64,000 nucleotides of DNA from Eledone cirrhosa (lineage: Eukaryota): assembly GCA_964016885.1 (NCBI GenBank), contig OZ024758.1, positions 6,386,001 to 6,450,000 on the forward strand. The letters run 5' to 3'. The notes under the pieces were generated by a model that saw only the letters and a list, made by a program, of their open reading frames with translations, was not told the DNA's origin and made no database searches. Position 1 is the first letter of the stretch. Each line of letters opens with the position of its first letter. The position numbers were made by a program, and so were the translations under genes. Below are positions 27,676 to 42,261 of the stretch, in pieces.

Positions 27676-29439
27676 ACATTTTGTTTTGTGTGTTTCGTAT
27701 CTATTTGTATTAACTTAACATTATTCCTTACAAGATATTTTTATAATGGACATTTCTTTAGAGTCTGCTACTTGTATAACTCTCTTTGTAAAAATTTAAG
27801 TGATATAATTTATTTTTCATGTCTTTTCTGTCTAGTCCTGCTAATTTGTTTAGTATCCAGTTAAGAATATTACATCTTTAATTCATGCCTGGGGCATCTA
27901 GCGTTACATTGTTTTCTATTCCATTTAACTCTTATATATATTAATCTAACCCCTTTCTAAACTTATGTTCCGTTTGTGTGTGTTATACACTGTCTAGTCC
28001 ATAAGTAGTGATATGCCTGTGTTTCATCGTGTTATGAAATCTTAGTTATTGTGTCTAACATATTAAAGATGGCAATTTATTTTCCTCTCTTCAATGTTGT
28101 TTAGTTTCTTCTTCTTCTTCTTCTTCTTCCCCACCTCCTCCACCTTATTCCCGCTCTATCAAATTCACATTCAATTCCTCTGCTAGCTCCTTATATGGCC
28201 CTGTTGAATATTTCAACCAGAGGTTTATAATTATATTCTAATAATTGTTTCTACTTTTGGCACAAGGCCTGCAAATACCCAGTGTATTACTGGTACTTTA
28301 TTTTATCGACCCCGTAAGGATGAAAGGCAAAGTTAACCTCCGCGGGATTTGAACTCAGAATGGCAAAGGCCGTAACTCTATGCGTCAAAGTATGGCGTCC
28401 GACCCTCTACCGTAGAAGACATTATATTCTAGTAATGTCTTCTACTTATTTGACTTTACAATATATGGGTTACTTTTTTCTATTGTTATAATTTTCTTCG
28501 AGGTCTTTGGTTTCAACATATTTTTACGTGGTGACCCTTTCACTGCCCACAATCCTCCACCCAATTCTACTTTTCTTTCCATTAGTACTGCATTGATTTT
28601 TAATTTTATTCTTACCAAGTTCTTCATAAAATAGCTTCAGGCTCGTGTCCAACTCCTATTTTTCATACCAATAGATTCTTCGTGATTTAGCTAAGATTTC
28701 TTGCTTCGGGACTTTTTTGGTTTATGTTTTTTTTTAGAGTATTTTATTTATTTATTTATTTATTTATTATGTTAAATTTCTATATTTATTTGTCTTCATT
28801 TTCCTCAGGTGAGTTGTTATGATATTGATTTCATTAACATTTCGCAGGTATTTTCTGTAATTTTCTTTCCTTATATATTTTCTTTCCTGTATATTTGTTT
28901 CCCATGTTTGTTTAAGTTTCGACACTCCCATTTCTATTGATCTAAGAGGATAACTACTTCCCTTTGTAACTACAGTGACAGCTGCATATATTAATTGATG
29001 GAATCTTGTCATACTGATAGGTTGACACCCACTTTAATTTAGTGTAAGAAAGCCTGATTAGGTAGCATTTTATTTTATTGTACGATTGGCAGGATCGGTA
29101 GAGGGTCGGACGCCATGCTTTGACGCATAGAGTTACGGCCGTTGCCATTCTGAGTTCAAATCCCGACGAGTTTAACTTTGCCTTTCATCCTTACGGGGTC
29201 GATAAAATAAAGTACCAGTAATGCACTGAGTAATTTGCTGGCCGTGTGCCAAAAGTAGAAACAATTATTATTGTACATTGCCAGGATCGGTAGAGCGTCG
29301 GACAACATGCCTTGTGGCATAAGATTATGTCATGAGTTCAAATACCACCAAGGGTAGCTTTGCCTTTCATCTTTACGAGATTAAAATGCCAGTAATGTAC
29401 TGGTACCAGTAATACCATGGTGATCCCATACCTATCGAG

Positions 29440-30075
29440 AAAGAGCAAGGGATATATAGATAAACATTACAAGATGTGAGGCGTGGGTTTTACATAAAAT
29501 CTTTAACAATAATGGATGACAATAAACTATATATAAAATACAAATAAAATAATGGAAATCCCCAATAGGGGGAATGTCACTGCGGGGTTTGTTTTACATC
29601 CCGTGGATAGAACAATCCTCAACACCAGGAGCACGTTTTATAGGTGTTCCCATCTTCCCTCTGTCTTCCTCAGCCTACAGGTTTATATACAGAGAAGGCC
29701 CATTCACTCGGGCCATTTTCGCCACATTCATCCACCTTTCAGCTAATTTACTGGGGTGTAGCACCTCTCTCTCCACTCTCACCTTCCATCTCAAGTGATA
29801 CTTAAAGAATAAGTTGTTGTCCAGAGAGAAAAGTGTTTGCCCTCAGTCCTTTTAACCTCGTCCACCATATTACCTCTTTTGCCATAGCCACCAGACAGAG
29901 GAACACCGCCTCTCCTTCATTCTTAAATGAAGGCGGCGGGGTGATCCTCACGATGGACTCGGCTGACAACTGGATGCGTCCCACACATGACAGTAGCTGT
30001 TCGACATAATTCCACAGGTCGGTCATGGCTGGGCATTGAACAATTGCGTGTAGAACGGTTTCGATGTCCTGCTCG
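29440..30075 (-). mobile_element. Tx1/L1-like LINE 3' fragment
   Basis: 'ETVLHAIVQCPAMTDLWNYVEQLL...LVAMAKEVIWWTR' is the end of a zinc knuckle plus the AK..IW..R motif. Confidence 0.75.
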
Positions 30076-30726
30076 GAACTGCACTCAGGTCGTTTAATCG
30101 ACTTTCCCCTCCGTAAAAATTGTTGGCCTTGTGCCTAAATCAGAAACCATTATGTTTTTTTTTTTTTTGTATTGCTGCTTCAGTGTTCAGTTTTATCATT
30201 TGGAGATACTTTACTATCACTAAAAGAACATCAATTGTTTATAATTCTTGACCTATTTCCAACTTTAGATTGTCATGTTCCTGATTTCTACCTTCAAGAC
30301 ACTGGATTTGTAAATCTTCCAATTCAATATTTTTATTGGTGTTGTTTTCGTTCGCTTTTTCTTGATCAGTATGTGTTCTAGGATTGGGATCTGCTATCTT
30401 ATACATTCAACTTGCACGTATCTTTTTATTCTTCAGAATATACGGTCTCCAGTTTCTTGTTTTTTTAGATTTTTGTATTCGTTAATTCAGTTTGTGATAT
30501 ATACTACTTCCTTTTAAATGTTCTGTGTGAATTTCTGATATTGTTTTCGTCTTATAACGTATCTACTAGACTAAGCTAATATGTTGGTGTCCAGTGTTAT
30601 ATTTTGCTCTAGGCTATTTTACTTTCCAATTGATATGTGAATATATTAACATAGTTTTGTTTTATGGTGTCCTTTTGAAATTTGTCTGTAGAATAGAAAT
30701 ATACTTTTCTCTTATTTATATATACA

Positions 30727-30777
<51 letters not shown>

Positions 30778-30837
30778 ATGTGTGTGTGTGTGTACACGAC
30801 ACATACTAACACATACACACACACATATATATAAGCG

Positions 30838-30868
<31 letters not shown>

Positions 30869-31084
30869 ATAGGTATGTATGTATATATATATATATATGT
30901 ACGTGTGTATGTATGTAGGTATATAAAAATATATATATATATATATACATATACGCAAAAGTTTTATTTAAAATTGTTGGGTTACAACAAGTAAATATTT
31001 TATAACTGATATAAAGCACTCGACAAGTTTTGGAGTAGATATACGATATTAAACAAATGGAAACTATATTTATAAAACCATATT

Positions 31085-31150
31085 TATTTCATTATACATA
31101 TTTCGGGGATACCATATTAAAAATATGGCATGCCTTCTTCAGATAAAATA
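31085..31150 (-). ncRNA. Hammerhead motif, family C
   Basis: Reverse complement of 31228-31293. Confidence 0.7.
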
Positions 31151-31227
31151 CAAAGCCGGTTTCCTACATAACGGTTGCTCAATATTTATGGTACGTCAAA
31201 ATTATTTATAAAACTGTTTATATATTG

Positions 31228-31293
31228 TATTTTATCTGAAGAAGGCATGCCATATTTTTAATATGGTATCCCCGAAATATGTATAATGAAATA
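31228..31293 (+). ncRNA. Hammerhead motif, family C
   Basis: TATTTTAT-CTGAAGA-AGG.ATGCCATAT(TTTTA)ATATGGTAT.CC-GAAA-TATGTAT-A-ATGAAATA. Confidence 0.7.
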
Positions 31294-31410
31294 AATATGG
31301 TTTTATAAATATAGTTTCCATTTGTTTAATATCGTATATCTACATACATATTTATATATATATACGTCTTTGTGTGTATGTAGGTATGTATGTATATATA
31401 TATATATATA

Positions 31411-31472
<62 letters not shown>

Positions 31473-31999
31473 TACATAAATATTATCTCGTCGCAGCTGA
31501 GTAAAGGAAACAAACTCATCATAGATGTCTCGTCGCATCCTCAATATTCATATTTCTGATGCAGTCTTCAGACCGGAGTCTGTTTGGAATATGTCAACAA
31601 AGTTACTAGATAGACTCCCAGTGTGTATAAACCTATATATTGGCTGTCACAGAGACATAACTTGGGCTATTTCTACAGGATGTCGCAAACAATGACCTGT
31701 CAATCACAATATTTATCCAGCATAATGCTACACAAATTTGGAGTTTACTTTTTCAATATTCTTGCAATTTTAAGGGATGTGGATTGGCAGAATCGGTAGA
31801 GCGTCGGACAACACGTTTTTTGGCACATAGATATGTCCATTTATGTTCTGAGTTCAAATCCCGCCTAGGTTAGCTTTGCTTTTCATCCTTACGGGATCGA
31901 TAAAATTTAGTACCAGTAACGCACTGGGGTCGATTTAATTGACATTCCCCTTTCCCCAAATTGCTGGCCTTGTACCTAAATCGAAAACCAAACCAATAT

Positions 32000-32598
32000 T
32001 CTTGCAATCATAATGAAACATGCTATTGATGCTAAGTGGCAAGAATTTGTCTTCGGACTCACAATAGGGAGTTACAGACGTATGCTATTAGATATAGTGT
32101 TTAACCATATGTATGCTGATGATATTGCATTATGCAAGAGAACATCTAGAAAGGGTAAACAAAAAAGCTAAGAAAATTGGTTTCTTTGCCAATACGGAGA
32201 AAACACAGCTTGTACAATTACATCTTACTGATCCAGCATTCAGAAATTTTAAAAAACGTTGTTGAAAATTACGAAAAAAAGTATAATAAACGAAAGGCAA
32301 ATATATCCTTTAGCAGATCTAGAGCTGGTGATTTGATACGAATGAAGCAGTCTTAGTCGTTTAGAAGTCATTTCTATACAAAATACCTTGAAGCCACACC
32401 TGAGGAAACGTATTAAGATCAGATTCGTTTTAACACTGGTTCAATCTGTCATGTTATATGGCGGTGAGTCAACTACACTCATATAGAATTCTGAAAATCA
32501 GCAAGAAGGAACGTACACCTGCATAGTATAGATGGCTGTTAACATCACATTGAAGATCTATACGCCAAATACAGAAATGTTTGATCGTCTGCCAACTG
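32000..32598 (+). mobile_element. Decayed RTE-like RT fragment
   Basis: 'YADDIAL' at ~32112 and 'KRIKIRFVLTLVQSVMLYGGESTTL' at ~32406-32480. Confidence 0.75.
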
Positions 32599-32620
32599 TA
32601 TGTATATATATATATATATA

Positions 32621-32782
32621 AGGAGTCAGGACCCCAACGACTTAGCTCCGGCCGTTTCGACAGCTAGATCCGACAGTTCGGATCTAGCTGTCGAAACGGC
32701 CGAAGCCAAGCCCACTCTACTACCAAAAGTATCGAGTAATCTGGTGCGTTTTAGTCCACCTGGTATCTTACCACTCCTTCTT

Positions 32783-32827
<45 letters not shown>

Positions 32828-33001
32828 AACAAGTAAGACCCCGACGGCTGAGCTCAAGCCGTTTGACGGCTAATTCTGTCGAAACGGCTTGAGCTGAGCC
32901 GTCGGGGTCTTACTTGTTCCTATTACCCACTCTACTAACCTAAGTATTGAGTACTTTGGTGCGTTATGGTCCACCTGGTTCCTTACCACATTTCCTTCGT
33001 T
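32621..33001. mobile_element. Two adjacent family A copies (32621-32787 diverged; 32823-33001 young)
   Basis: Both show an inverted arm plus tail and are separated by a (TA)n tract; the tail of the second copy is 32924-33001. Confidence 0.8.
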
Positions 33002-33233
33002 ATATATATATAATATATGCAAAAATTAATTACTACAGAAAACAATACCAAATTATTGTTTTCATTTCATCTCCAGCTTTTTTAGACGGTTAAATTCGGA
33101 GGATTTATAATGTATCATTATCCGACTGCCATCTTTAATAAGTGGACAGGTATTCTTCAATTTTTACATTTATTGTAGCCCCTATTTTCAGCGACATGTA
33201 TTTTTGAATTTTTATGTTTATTTTTTTGTTTTC

Positions 33234-33355
33234 GGCTCTGATGAGAAGCCCATATCATACTTTTTTAAAATCACTTACCATTATCTATTTTATAATCGAT
33301 AATTATCATATGTATGTGAAGAATACTGATATAGTTCCCGAAGCAATTGTCAGCC
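33234..33355 (+). ncRNA. Hammerhead-like motif with ~95-nt stem II domain
   Basis: GGCT-CTGATGA-[G..ATATCA...TGATAT..C]-GAAG-CAATTG-TC-AGCC: palindromic stem III, GUC triplet, A15.1 replaced by G. Confidence 0.6.
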
Positions 33356-33488
33356 ATTAAATATAGTTGTTCAAGGATTTGGTATTGCTTTCTCTAACAT
33401 TTAATTTAGCATTTAATTTATGTATTAAAGCTCTGCTTATACAATCTTTTGCTTGACATTATTTCTCTGACTTACTCACTTTGTTCGC

Positions 33489-33576
<88 letters not shown>

Positions 33577-33974
33577 GCGTTACGTTCAGAGAATTCGATT
33601 TACACGGAGATCGGAAATAGTTCATTATATAAGGAATATAATCGAGGATGGTTTTGTAGGCGACCACTGATAATGTTTATAAAGTAGCCATTACTCGCTG
33701 TCAATATCTCTATATGAGGTGTTAAAACAAATATCTGATATTTGATTTGTTTTGTCTGAGGTGTTATATGAATAAGTTCCCGGGCGAGATTTGATTGCAG
33801 GTAATATATAGTTCACACACGAAACCATCAGTTTCCCGAACATCCATCATTTTGCAGAGACGTTAAAAAATATGTCTATGGCTGTGCTTTATGAAAGTTA
33901 ATGAATAAACATTCACACACTTATATAAATTCACACATACACAAACACACAGATGTATATATATATTATATATG

Positions 33975-34017
<43 letters not shown>

Positions 34018-34367
34018 AATATATATATATATATTTAATATAGAAATGGCTTCTACAGGACTAGAACTGTTTCATTCGGGAGAAATCATCGATAAACTGT
34101 ATATATGTGTGTGTATATATGTATATATATATATATATATATGTATATATAATAATAATACTATTTATAGTTATGTATATAGTATAAATAACTATAAACA
34201 GGAAGGTCAGTAATGTCTTAATTACTTTATTACCAGTAAGAGAAATAGCTCAATGTATGAACATCAGTTGTTTTACAGAGCAGTTAAATAAATAAATTAT
34301 ACAATTATCAACTTTGATAATTGTATAATTTATTTATTTATTATGTATATATATGTATATATATGTG

Positions 34368-34441
<74 letters not shown>

Positions 34442-34478
34442 ATTAAATAAATGGAAACTATATTTATAAAACCATATT

Positions 34479-34544
34479 TATTTCGTTATATATATTTCAG
34501 GGATATCATATTAACAATATGTTATGCCATCTTCAGACAAAATA
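34479..34544 (-). ncRNA. Hammerhead motif, family C (in element 34440-34723)
   Basis: Minus strand: TATTTTGT-CTGAAGA-TGG.ATAACATATT..AATATGATAT.CCT-GAAA-TATATAT-A-ACGAAATA. Confidence 0.7.
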
Positions 34545-34721
34545 CAATATAAACAGTCTTATAAATAAATAGATACGACATACCTTTCAATCACCTTGCA
34601 TTTGTGAGGTTGATTTGGCATTTATTTAATATCATAAATATACTCCAAATACTTGTTGAGTGCTTTTATATCAGTTATAAATATTTACTCGTTGTTAACC
34701 CAACAATTTAAATATAACTTT

Positions 34722-34758
<37 letters not shown>

Positions 34759-34962
34759 ACATAAACAGAGAAAGCCTTAAGCGATACTCCGACCAACTCC
34801 ATCTCACTCAACAAACATTAGGATATACTTAAGTATTATCCTAATTTAGTGTTTTGGGTGCTAACTAATCAGTATTTCGTGGATAGCTGGTTGTATTATT
34901 TTATATGAGACATTATTAAATAAATATCTCTTTCCTTCCAGACGGCCGTTTCGTTATAAGAT

Positions 34963-35007
<45 letters not shown>

Positions 35008-35250
35008 TACATTGAGCTATTTATCTTACTGGTAATAAGGTAGTAAAAATTACTGACCTTCACTGTTTAGGGTTTAAAATATATATAACTATAAAAAGTT
35101 TTAGTATATACATAACCATAAATAGTATCCTTAATATTATATACACTATATATATATATATAGAGAGAGAGAGAGGTGCAATAAGCACGAATTTTATGAT
35201 TGGTACAGCTTCGTAGGTGTGATAGAAATACGCACAGACATATATATAGG

Positions 35251-35312
<62 letters not shown>

Positions 35313-35465
35313 GGGGGGGTTGCGTGTGTATGTGTTTCACTCAATCTCTGTCTCCCCCCCCCCACACACATATATATATATACACGTATATACATACATA
35401 CGCACAAACATATATATATATATATGTACACACATATATATATGTTTATGTATGTGTATGTATCA

Positions 35466-35500
<35 letters not shown>

Positions 35501-35537
35501 CGCACATACATACACACACACATACATACACACACAG

Positions 35538-35591
<54 letters not shown>

Positions 35592-35593
35592 GC

Positions 35594-35624
<31 letters not shown>

Positions 35625-35848
35625 TACACACACAGATATATATATATATATATATAAAACATGAGAAGAAAGAAGAATACTATACATATATATATATCAT
35701 TAGTGAACTTGATAGAAAGAATAAATTGACCATTAGTAAAACACAGCTCGATGTGTGATGTGCAATTGTGTGGAATAAATATGACACCATTGATGTCGAG
35801 ATATCAGCTGTCGGTATTAATTCAATTCAATACTATCGATTCCAAGTT

Positions 35849-35900
<52 letters not shown>

Positions 35901-35962
35901 TCTCTCATATGCATACACATGCATACACATTCATACACAAACACTCATACACATAGACGCAC

Positions 35963-36002
<40 letters not shown>

Positions 36003-36039
36003 TTGTGTATGTGTGTGTGCGTCTGTGTGTGAGTGTGTG

Positions 36040-36076
<37 letters not shown>

Positions 36077-36206
36077 TTAAGGATACTATTTATGGTTATG
36101 TATATACTAAAACCTTTTATAGTTATATATATTTTAAACCCTAAACAGTGAAAGACAGTAATTTATTACTACCTTATTACCAGTAAGATTACCAGTAAGA
36201 TAACCA

Positions 36207-36245
<39 letters not shown>

Positions 36246-36357
36246 AATTGAAATACTAGAGTGTGTTGTAGTTAAACACCTTCTTGGTATTATAGAAATG
36301 ACAGTAAAGGTATAGCTCAATGTAATTAAACAGAGCCGAATAAACTTTAATCGGTTA

Positions 36358-36404
<47 letters not shown>

Positions 36405-36406
<2 letters not shown>

Positions 36407-36589
36407 CGAAGGAAATGTGGTAAGGAACCAGGTGGACCATAACGCACCAAAGTACTCAATACTTGGGGTAGTAGAGTGGGTAATAGGAACCAGTAAGACC
36501 CCGACAGCTGAGCTCAAGCCGTTTCGACGGCTAATTCTAGAATTAGCCGTCGAAACTGCTTGAGCTCAGCTGTCGGGGTCTTACTGGTT

Positions 36590-36594
<5 letters not shown>
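36405..36594. mobile_element. Family A copy
   Basis: Near-perfect hairpin centred on 'aattctagaatt' plus tail, with long (TA)n on both sides. Confidence 0.8.
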
Positions 36595-36667
<73 letters not shown>

Positions 36668-37270
36668 TAACCGATTAAAGTTTAACTATTTGGATGACCG
36701 TTGACTCTGCTGAGTTTCTCCGCCCTTTCTCGGCATCAAATACGTCAAAATATATTCACTGAAAAATATTCACAGAAAGAAGATTAGTTGTAAAACATGA
36801 AATTATTTTGAAACGTAACGTCTAATATCTTTGTGAAACAACATATTGCAGTTTTAATATGAGTTCAAATTGTTGTTTTTCTAAATCAAATATAAGCTCA
36901 ATTTTGTTTTAGGTTACCTGGTTTTCCATGAGAAAATACGTCGATAGACTCGGAAGATTCTTTGTTGAGTATATGTCTACCTGTGTGAATGTGTATGTAT
37001 GTGTATGTGTGTTTGTGTCTGTGTGAGTGTGTATGTACGTGTGTTTGTCTGTACGTGAATGTGTATTTTAGTGTGTGTATGTGTATTTCTGTCTCTGTGT
37101 GAGTGTGTATGTATGTGTATGTGTGTTTGTATGTGTGCGTGTATGTGTGTCAAGTATATTTTACAATACAGAATAAATATTTACATAATCTAACTTCTAC
37201 ACGATATTATTTTTATAATCTATTTCTTCATATTTAATCATTATCAAACATAAAATTGCTTAGTTGAAAC

Positions 37271-37301
<31 letters not shown>

Positions 37302-37547
37302 TGTATGTATGTATTGTTGTATGTTCTTCTGGTTTTATAATTTCACAAAGTTTTACCAATAGAGAGAGAGTCGGTTTCTAACATAGACACAAGACTCTCT
37401 CATTGGAATTTACACAACATCAACTAGGTAGATATGTATGTATGCATGTGTAGATATGGATGTTATTGTATGCGTGGATGTGTATGTTTTGAGTTGTATG
37501 CGTGCATGTGTATATGCTTTGCATCTGTACATGTGTATATGCAGTTA

Positions 37548-38080
37548 TTAGATGCAAAATTTTTGGAATGTTTTACATATTTTTACTGTTCCATTAATTG
37601 ATTGTACTTCTAATTCCCTAACTAGTTGTGTTCTTTCTGTTTCTGTGAAGCCTAGCTTCTCAAGATTTGTATTGAGGCAGTTACTAACATATCCCAGTGC
37701 CCCAATAATCACAGGCATAAATCTGAAGGTGTAATCAGGGTGGAGTATCTGCAGATTTCTCATCAGTTCTGCATAAATATTCTCCTTTTCACTAATCTTT
37801 GATATTATATTGGCATCTGCTGGGCAGCTAATTTCCACTACTGTGCACGCTTTCTTCTTCCTGTCCCATATCATAATATCTGGTCAGTTATGCCTGCATT
37901 TTATTGGGGTTTTTACTGGAACATTCCACCAGTACTCTTTCATATTATGTACATGGACGTCTTCCACATTGTTGTAGCTTTTAATGTGTTTATTATCGGG
38001 GCTATCTTTTTACGAACTGTTTCTATCCTTAACTTCTTAGAGTTTCTTTTACTAAGTTACTGTCAAATTATTGCGTACAC
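37548..38080 (-). mobile_element. R4/Dong-like LINE C-terminal restriction-like endonuclease fragment
   Basis: 'HN*PDIMIWDRKKKACTVVEISCPADANI..K..EK...YAEL...MPVIIGALG' has the PD-(D/E) RLE motifs; the frame is broken upstream. Confidence 0.9.
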
Positions 38081-38706
38081 GTAATCGATCATGGAGGCAA
38101 ACTATTTATGGGTGATTAGATCCTTTCAAAAATTAACAATCAATCTTGACTATGACAGTATCTCATGGCAGAAGTTGTATGTATGTAGCTCAAACGAGGA
38201 ATGCATCGTCGCACTAACCATATCTATTATATGAATTTCTAACATAAGCGCTTAACACAAAATAATTAACAGTTACTTCTACTTGAATGATACTTAAGAA
38301 GTTAACGTGAAATAATTATTTTTTCCAACATACCATTTACTAAGACACTAACGATTGGTGATGATAATGTTTATGTTTCATAATTATCGAAATTGTAAAA
38401 TTATATATAATATATGTCGTCGAGACCAGGTGTCTTAGGTTCCCGAACAGCCATTTTCCTTCGCAGCTACTCGCCTATATATATATATATAATTATATAT
38501 ATACATATATATATATGTGTGTGTGTGGGGGGGGGGGGGGTGTAGGTTCGTATTTGCAACATACGATTTCTGTAAAATCATTGAGTGTGTGAAAAGCAAT
38601 TAAATATCCCTAGGAGATATCTAATTGCCTGGCTCGTTATAATTGCTGTATTTATTTATATATATATATAAATATATAAATACACCAATTATAACGAGCC
38701 AGCTAT

Positions 38707-38825
<119 letters not shown>

Positions 38826-38957
38826 TAGAAGGCTATTTAATTTGTTGGAAGTCCGACAAATATAAATGTTTATAACCGATTTAGAGCACTCGACAATTAC
38901 TGGAGTAAATATTCAATGATATTAAATAAATGGAAACTATATTTATAAAACCATATT

Positions 38958-39021
38958 TATTTTATTATATATATTTCAAGGGTACCAAGACAACATTGGT
39001 ACGCTTTTATCAGATAAAATA
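38958..39021 (-). ncRNA. Hammerhead motif, family C, G8A (probably inactive)
   Basis: Near-identical to 15911-15975 but the core reads CTGATAA (C3 opposite A8). Confidence 0.6.
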
Positions 39022-39131
39022 CAGAGTTTGTTTTATAAATAGAGACATCCCCATGAAAATCTTACTTTATCGGTTGGAAATTCACTGGATAATTCAACTA
39101 TCCAGTTATATATATACATATATATATATAT

Positions 39132-39322
39132 AACGAAGAAAATGTGGTAAGGAACCAGGTGGACCATAACGCACCAAAGTACTCAATACTTGGGGTAGTA
39201 GAGTGGGTAATAGGAACCAGTAAGACCCCGACAGCTGAGCTCAAGCCGTTTCGACGGCTAATTCCGTCCAGAATTATCCGTCGAAACGGCTTGAGCTCAG
39301 CTGTCGGGGTCTTACTGGTTCC

Positions 39323-39325
<3 letters not shown>
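39132..39325. mobile_element. Family A copy
   Basis: Same termini as other copies, with junction 'aattccgtccagaatt'. Confidence 0.8.
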
Positions 39326-39353
<28 letters not shown>

Positions 39354-39366
39354 GTGTGTGTGTATT

Positions 39367-39398
<32 letters not shown>

Positions 39399-39597
39399 AC
39401 TCTCTCTCTCCATCTCTCTCCCTCTCTCTCTGTGAGTCTGTGTGTCTGAATGTACGTCGATGTTATATCACATTTTATTACTATACTATCTATATCCCTA
39501 ATGTTTACGGTGTTGTTTGTTCATGCTCAAATAAATTTTTCCACAGATCTATAATTATTATGCCTGATTTTTTTTGCAAATATTTATCTTTGCAACC

Positions 39598-39655
<58 letters not shown>

Positions 39656-39665
39656 ATATATATAT

Positions 39666-39699
<34 letters not shown>

Positions 39700-39724
39700 G
39701 TGTGTATATATATATACATTATAC

Positions 39725-39767
<43 letters not shown>

Positions 39768-40767
39768 CGAAATACCCGTGTGACTACATGTCTGTGTACT
39801 CCCTTTAAGTATACAGATTTTATACACTGTAAAATTTATTTTATTTATGTCGGAAACAGAGAAAACATTTTTTTTTTTTTTGCATGGGAAAGGATGGAGG
39901 TGTTTTTGTTATTATTTTTATTATTTTGTTTCCATATGTGTATATTTTAACAAGATATTTCCAAATATCGTAATGTCTCACCGAAAGTAAAATTCCAATA
40001 ATTGAATGATCGCAGGTTACCTGGTTTCCTTTCCTATAATCACATGTTGTTGAACAAATTATAGGGGTGAAAACTTGTCTTGATGTTTATTAGATAAATC
40101 GATAAACATATGAATAAAAAAATGATGATAACAAGATGAGTCTTTAAATTGCCTAAGAGTATTAGGTGTATGTGCGCATGTGTGAAAGCAGTGTACTGAT
40201 GTAGTTCCGGTCTGGTCTTCTGTATGACATTATCGTTTCAACAAACACAGTTTTTATGCTCTCCTATCTGCTCTCTATAAACTTAGTGAGGTACAGCCAT
40301 ATAATGATATTTGATAGATATGAATTGTGTAGCCTTCTTTATATCTTCTTTGCCTTCGTAGCCTGACATATTCTGATGGTTATATTTTGAAGAAAGCATT
40401 CGCTTGGCAGAGTATGCCCAGATGTTATTGTATCTATTTATTTTACGCATATATACGCATGAATATGCACACGTCTACATATTCTACACACGCACACACA
40501 CACACACGCACACGCATACGCACACGCACACGCACACACACACACATGTATATATATATATAAGGATGAAAGGCAAAGTTAACCTCGTCGGGACTTGAAC
40601 TCAGACCGTAAAGGCCCGTAATTCTATGCTGCAAAGCATGGCGTCCGACCCCTCTATCGATATTGCCAATCCATATTAATAATTGTTTCTACTTTTGTCA
40701 CAAGGCCAGCAAATACCCAGTGCATTACTGGTACTTTATTTTATCGACCCCGTAAGGATGAAAGGCA

Positions 40768-41197
40768 TCGATTCGTTTGCAATTATGTAAACAGACTCTT
40801 TTCAAGCCATGTAGAGCGATAAACTATTTGTTAGTTATTTGAATATGGCAAAGCTCGCCATTAATTGCTCGTATACATGAGAGTGACTGGCCTGTCTGCT
40901 GATATGCAAATCTGGCTGATCAGTGGATCAGCTAATATACAGATCTGCCGGATCAGACAGTCTGCCAATATGCAAATCAGGCCGATTAGTCACTGAATAT
41001 TTCAGAAAATATATATTTTCACTAGCTCTGACAGTTGGCAGGTAAGCAATATACTGTACTGATGAAGGGTAATCATCCAGAAACATTAGTGTCTGCAGTT
41101 CTGTTAACATGTCAATACAAGTGCAAGAATGACGGGGGTCATTCTACTGACATGGCTTAAAAAGAGGCTGTTTGCATAATTGCAAACGAATCGAATA
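40768..41197. mobile_element. Non-autonomous element with ~45-bp TIRs and internal 33-bp tandem repeats
   Basis: 'tcgattcgtttgcaattatgtaaacagactctttt.aagccatg' / 'catggctt.aaaagaggctgtttgcataattgcaaacgaatcga'; internal unit 'tctgctgatatgcaaatctggctgatcagtgga' ~x3; relative at 9900-10320. Confidence 0.65.
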
Positions 41198-41487
41198 TTA
41201 TTATTAATATCAGTAATGCACTGGGTAATTGCTGGCCTTGTGCCGAAAGTAGAAACAATTATCAATATTCGAAAATCTCAGATTACATTTATTGTATTCA
41301 GCCATGTAGAGCGCTAAACTATTTGTTAGTTATCTACATATAGGTACACATTAACTCCCTCAAATGTTTATAAATCTTTGGAACTCTCTACATTCAAACA
41401 AACAGTAGCGTCCCTTTAGTGTATGACCTCCCTGGTTGAATTGTGTAAAGAACTTAAATAAACCAATATATTACAACAAAGAATACC

Positions 41488-41544
<57 letters not shown>

Positions 41545-41634
41545 GTATATTAATAATATATATATGTATATATAATATATATACATATATGTATATATAT
41601 AATGTATAATCTTACATATATATATATATACATA

Positions 41635-41679
<45 letters not shown>

Positions 41680-41951
41680 TATATGTATATATATATAATA
41701 TATATATATGTATATATAATGTATATATAATGTATATACATATATCCATATATATATATGTATATATATAAGTATATATATACACACATATATATACATA
41801 TATATATATATACATACGTATATATATATATACATATATATATATATACATACGTATATATATATATACATATATATATATACATACGTATATATATATA
41901 TATACATAGGTATATATATATATATATACATACGTATATATATATACATAC

Positions 41952-41995
<44 letters not shown>

Positions 41996-42027
41996 TATAT
42001 ATTATATATATATATATATAATATATA

Positions 42028-42065
<38 letters not shown>

Positions 42066-42099
42066 TATATATTATATATATATATATATATAATATATA

Positions 42100-42139
<40 letters not shown>

Positions 42140-42224
42140 ATATATATATATATTATATATATATATATAATATATAATATATATATATATTATATATATA
42201 TATATATATAATATATATATATAT

Positions 42225-42261
<37 letters not shown>

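Larger units (their letters stand above)
30957..31343. mobile_element. Family C element: 119-bp inverted arms + ~78-nt tail
   Basis: Arms 31035-31153 and 31225-31343 are reverse complements; extra tail 30957-31034; microsatellites on both sides. Confidence 0.8.

Noticed and set aside
39098-39449. Recurrent ORFs 'MV.NQVDHNAPKYSIL.VVEWVIG...' (also 13269 and 13937)
   Set aside because: Chance translations of family A repeats running into microsatellite.
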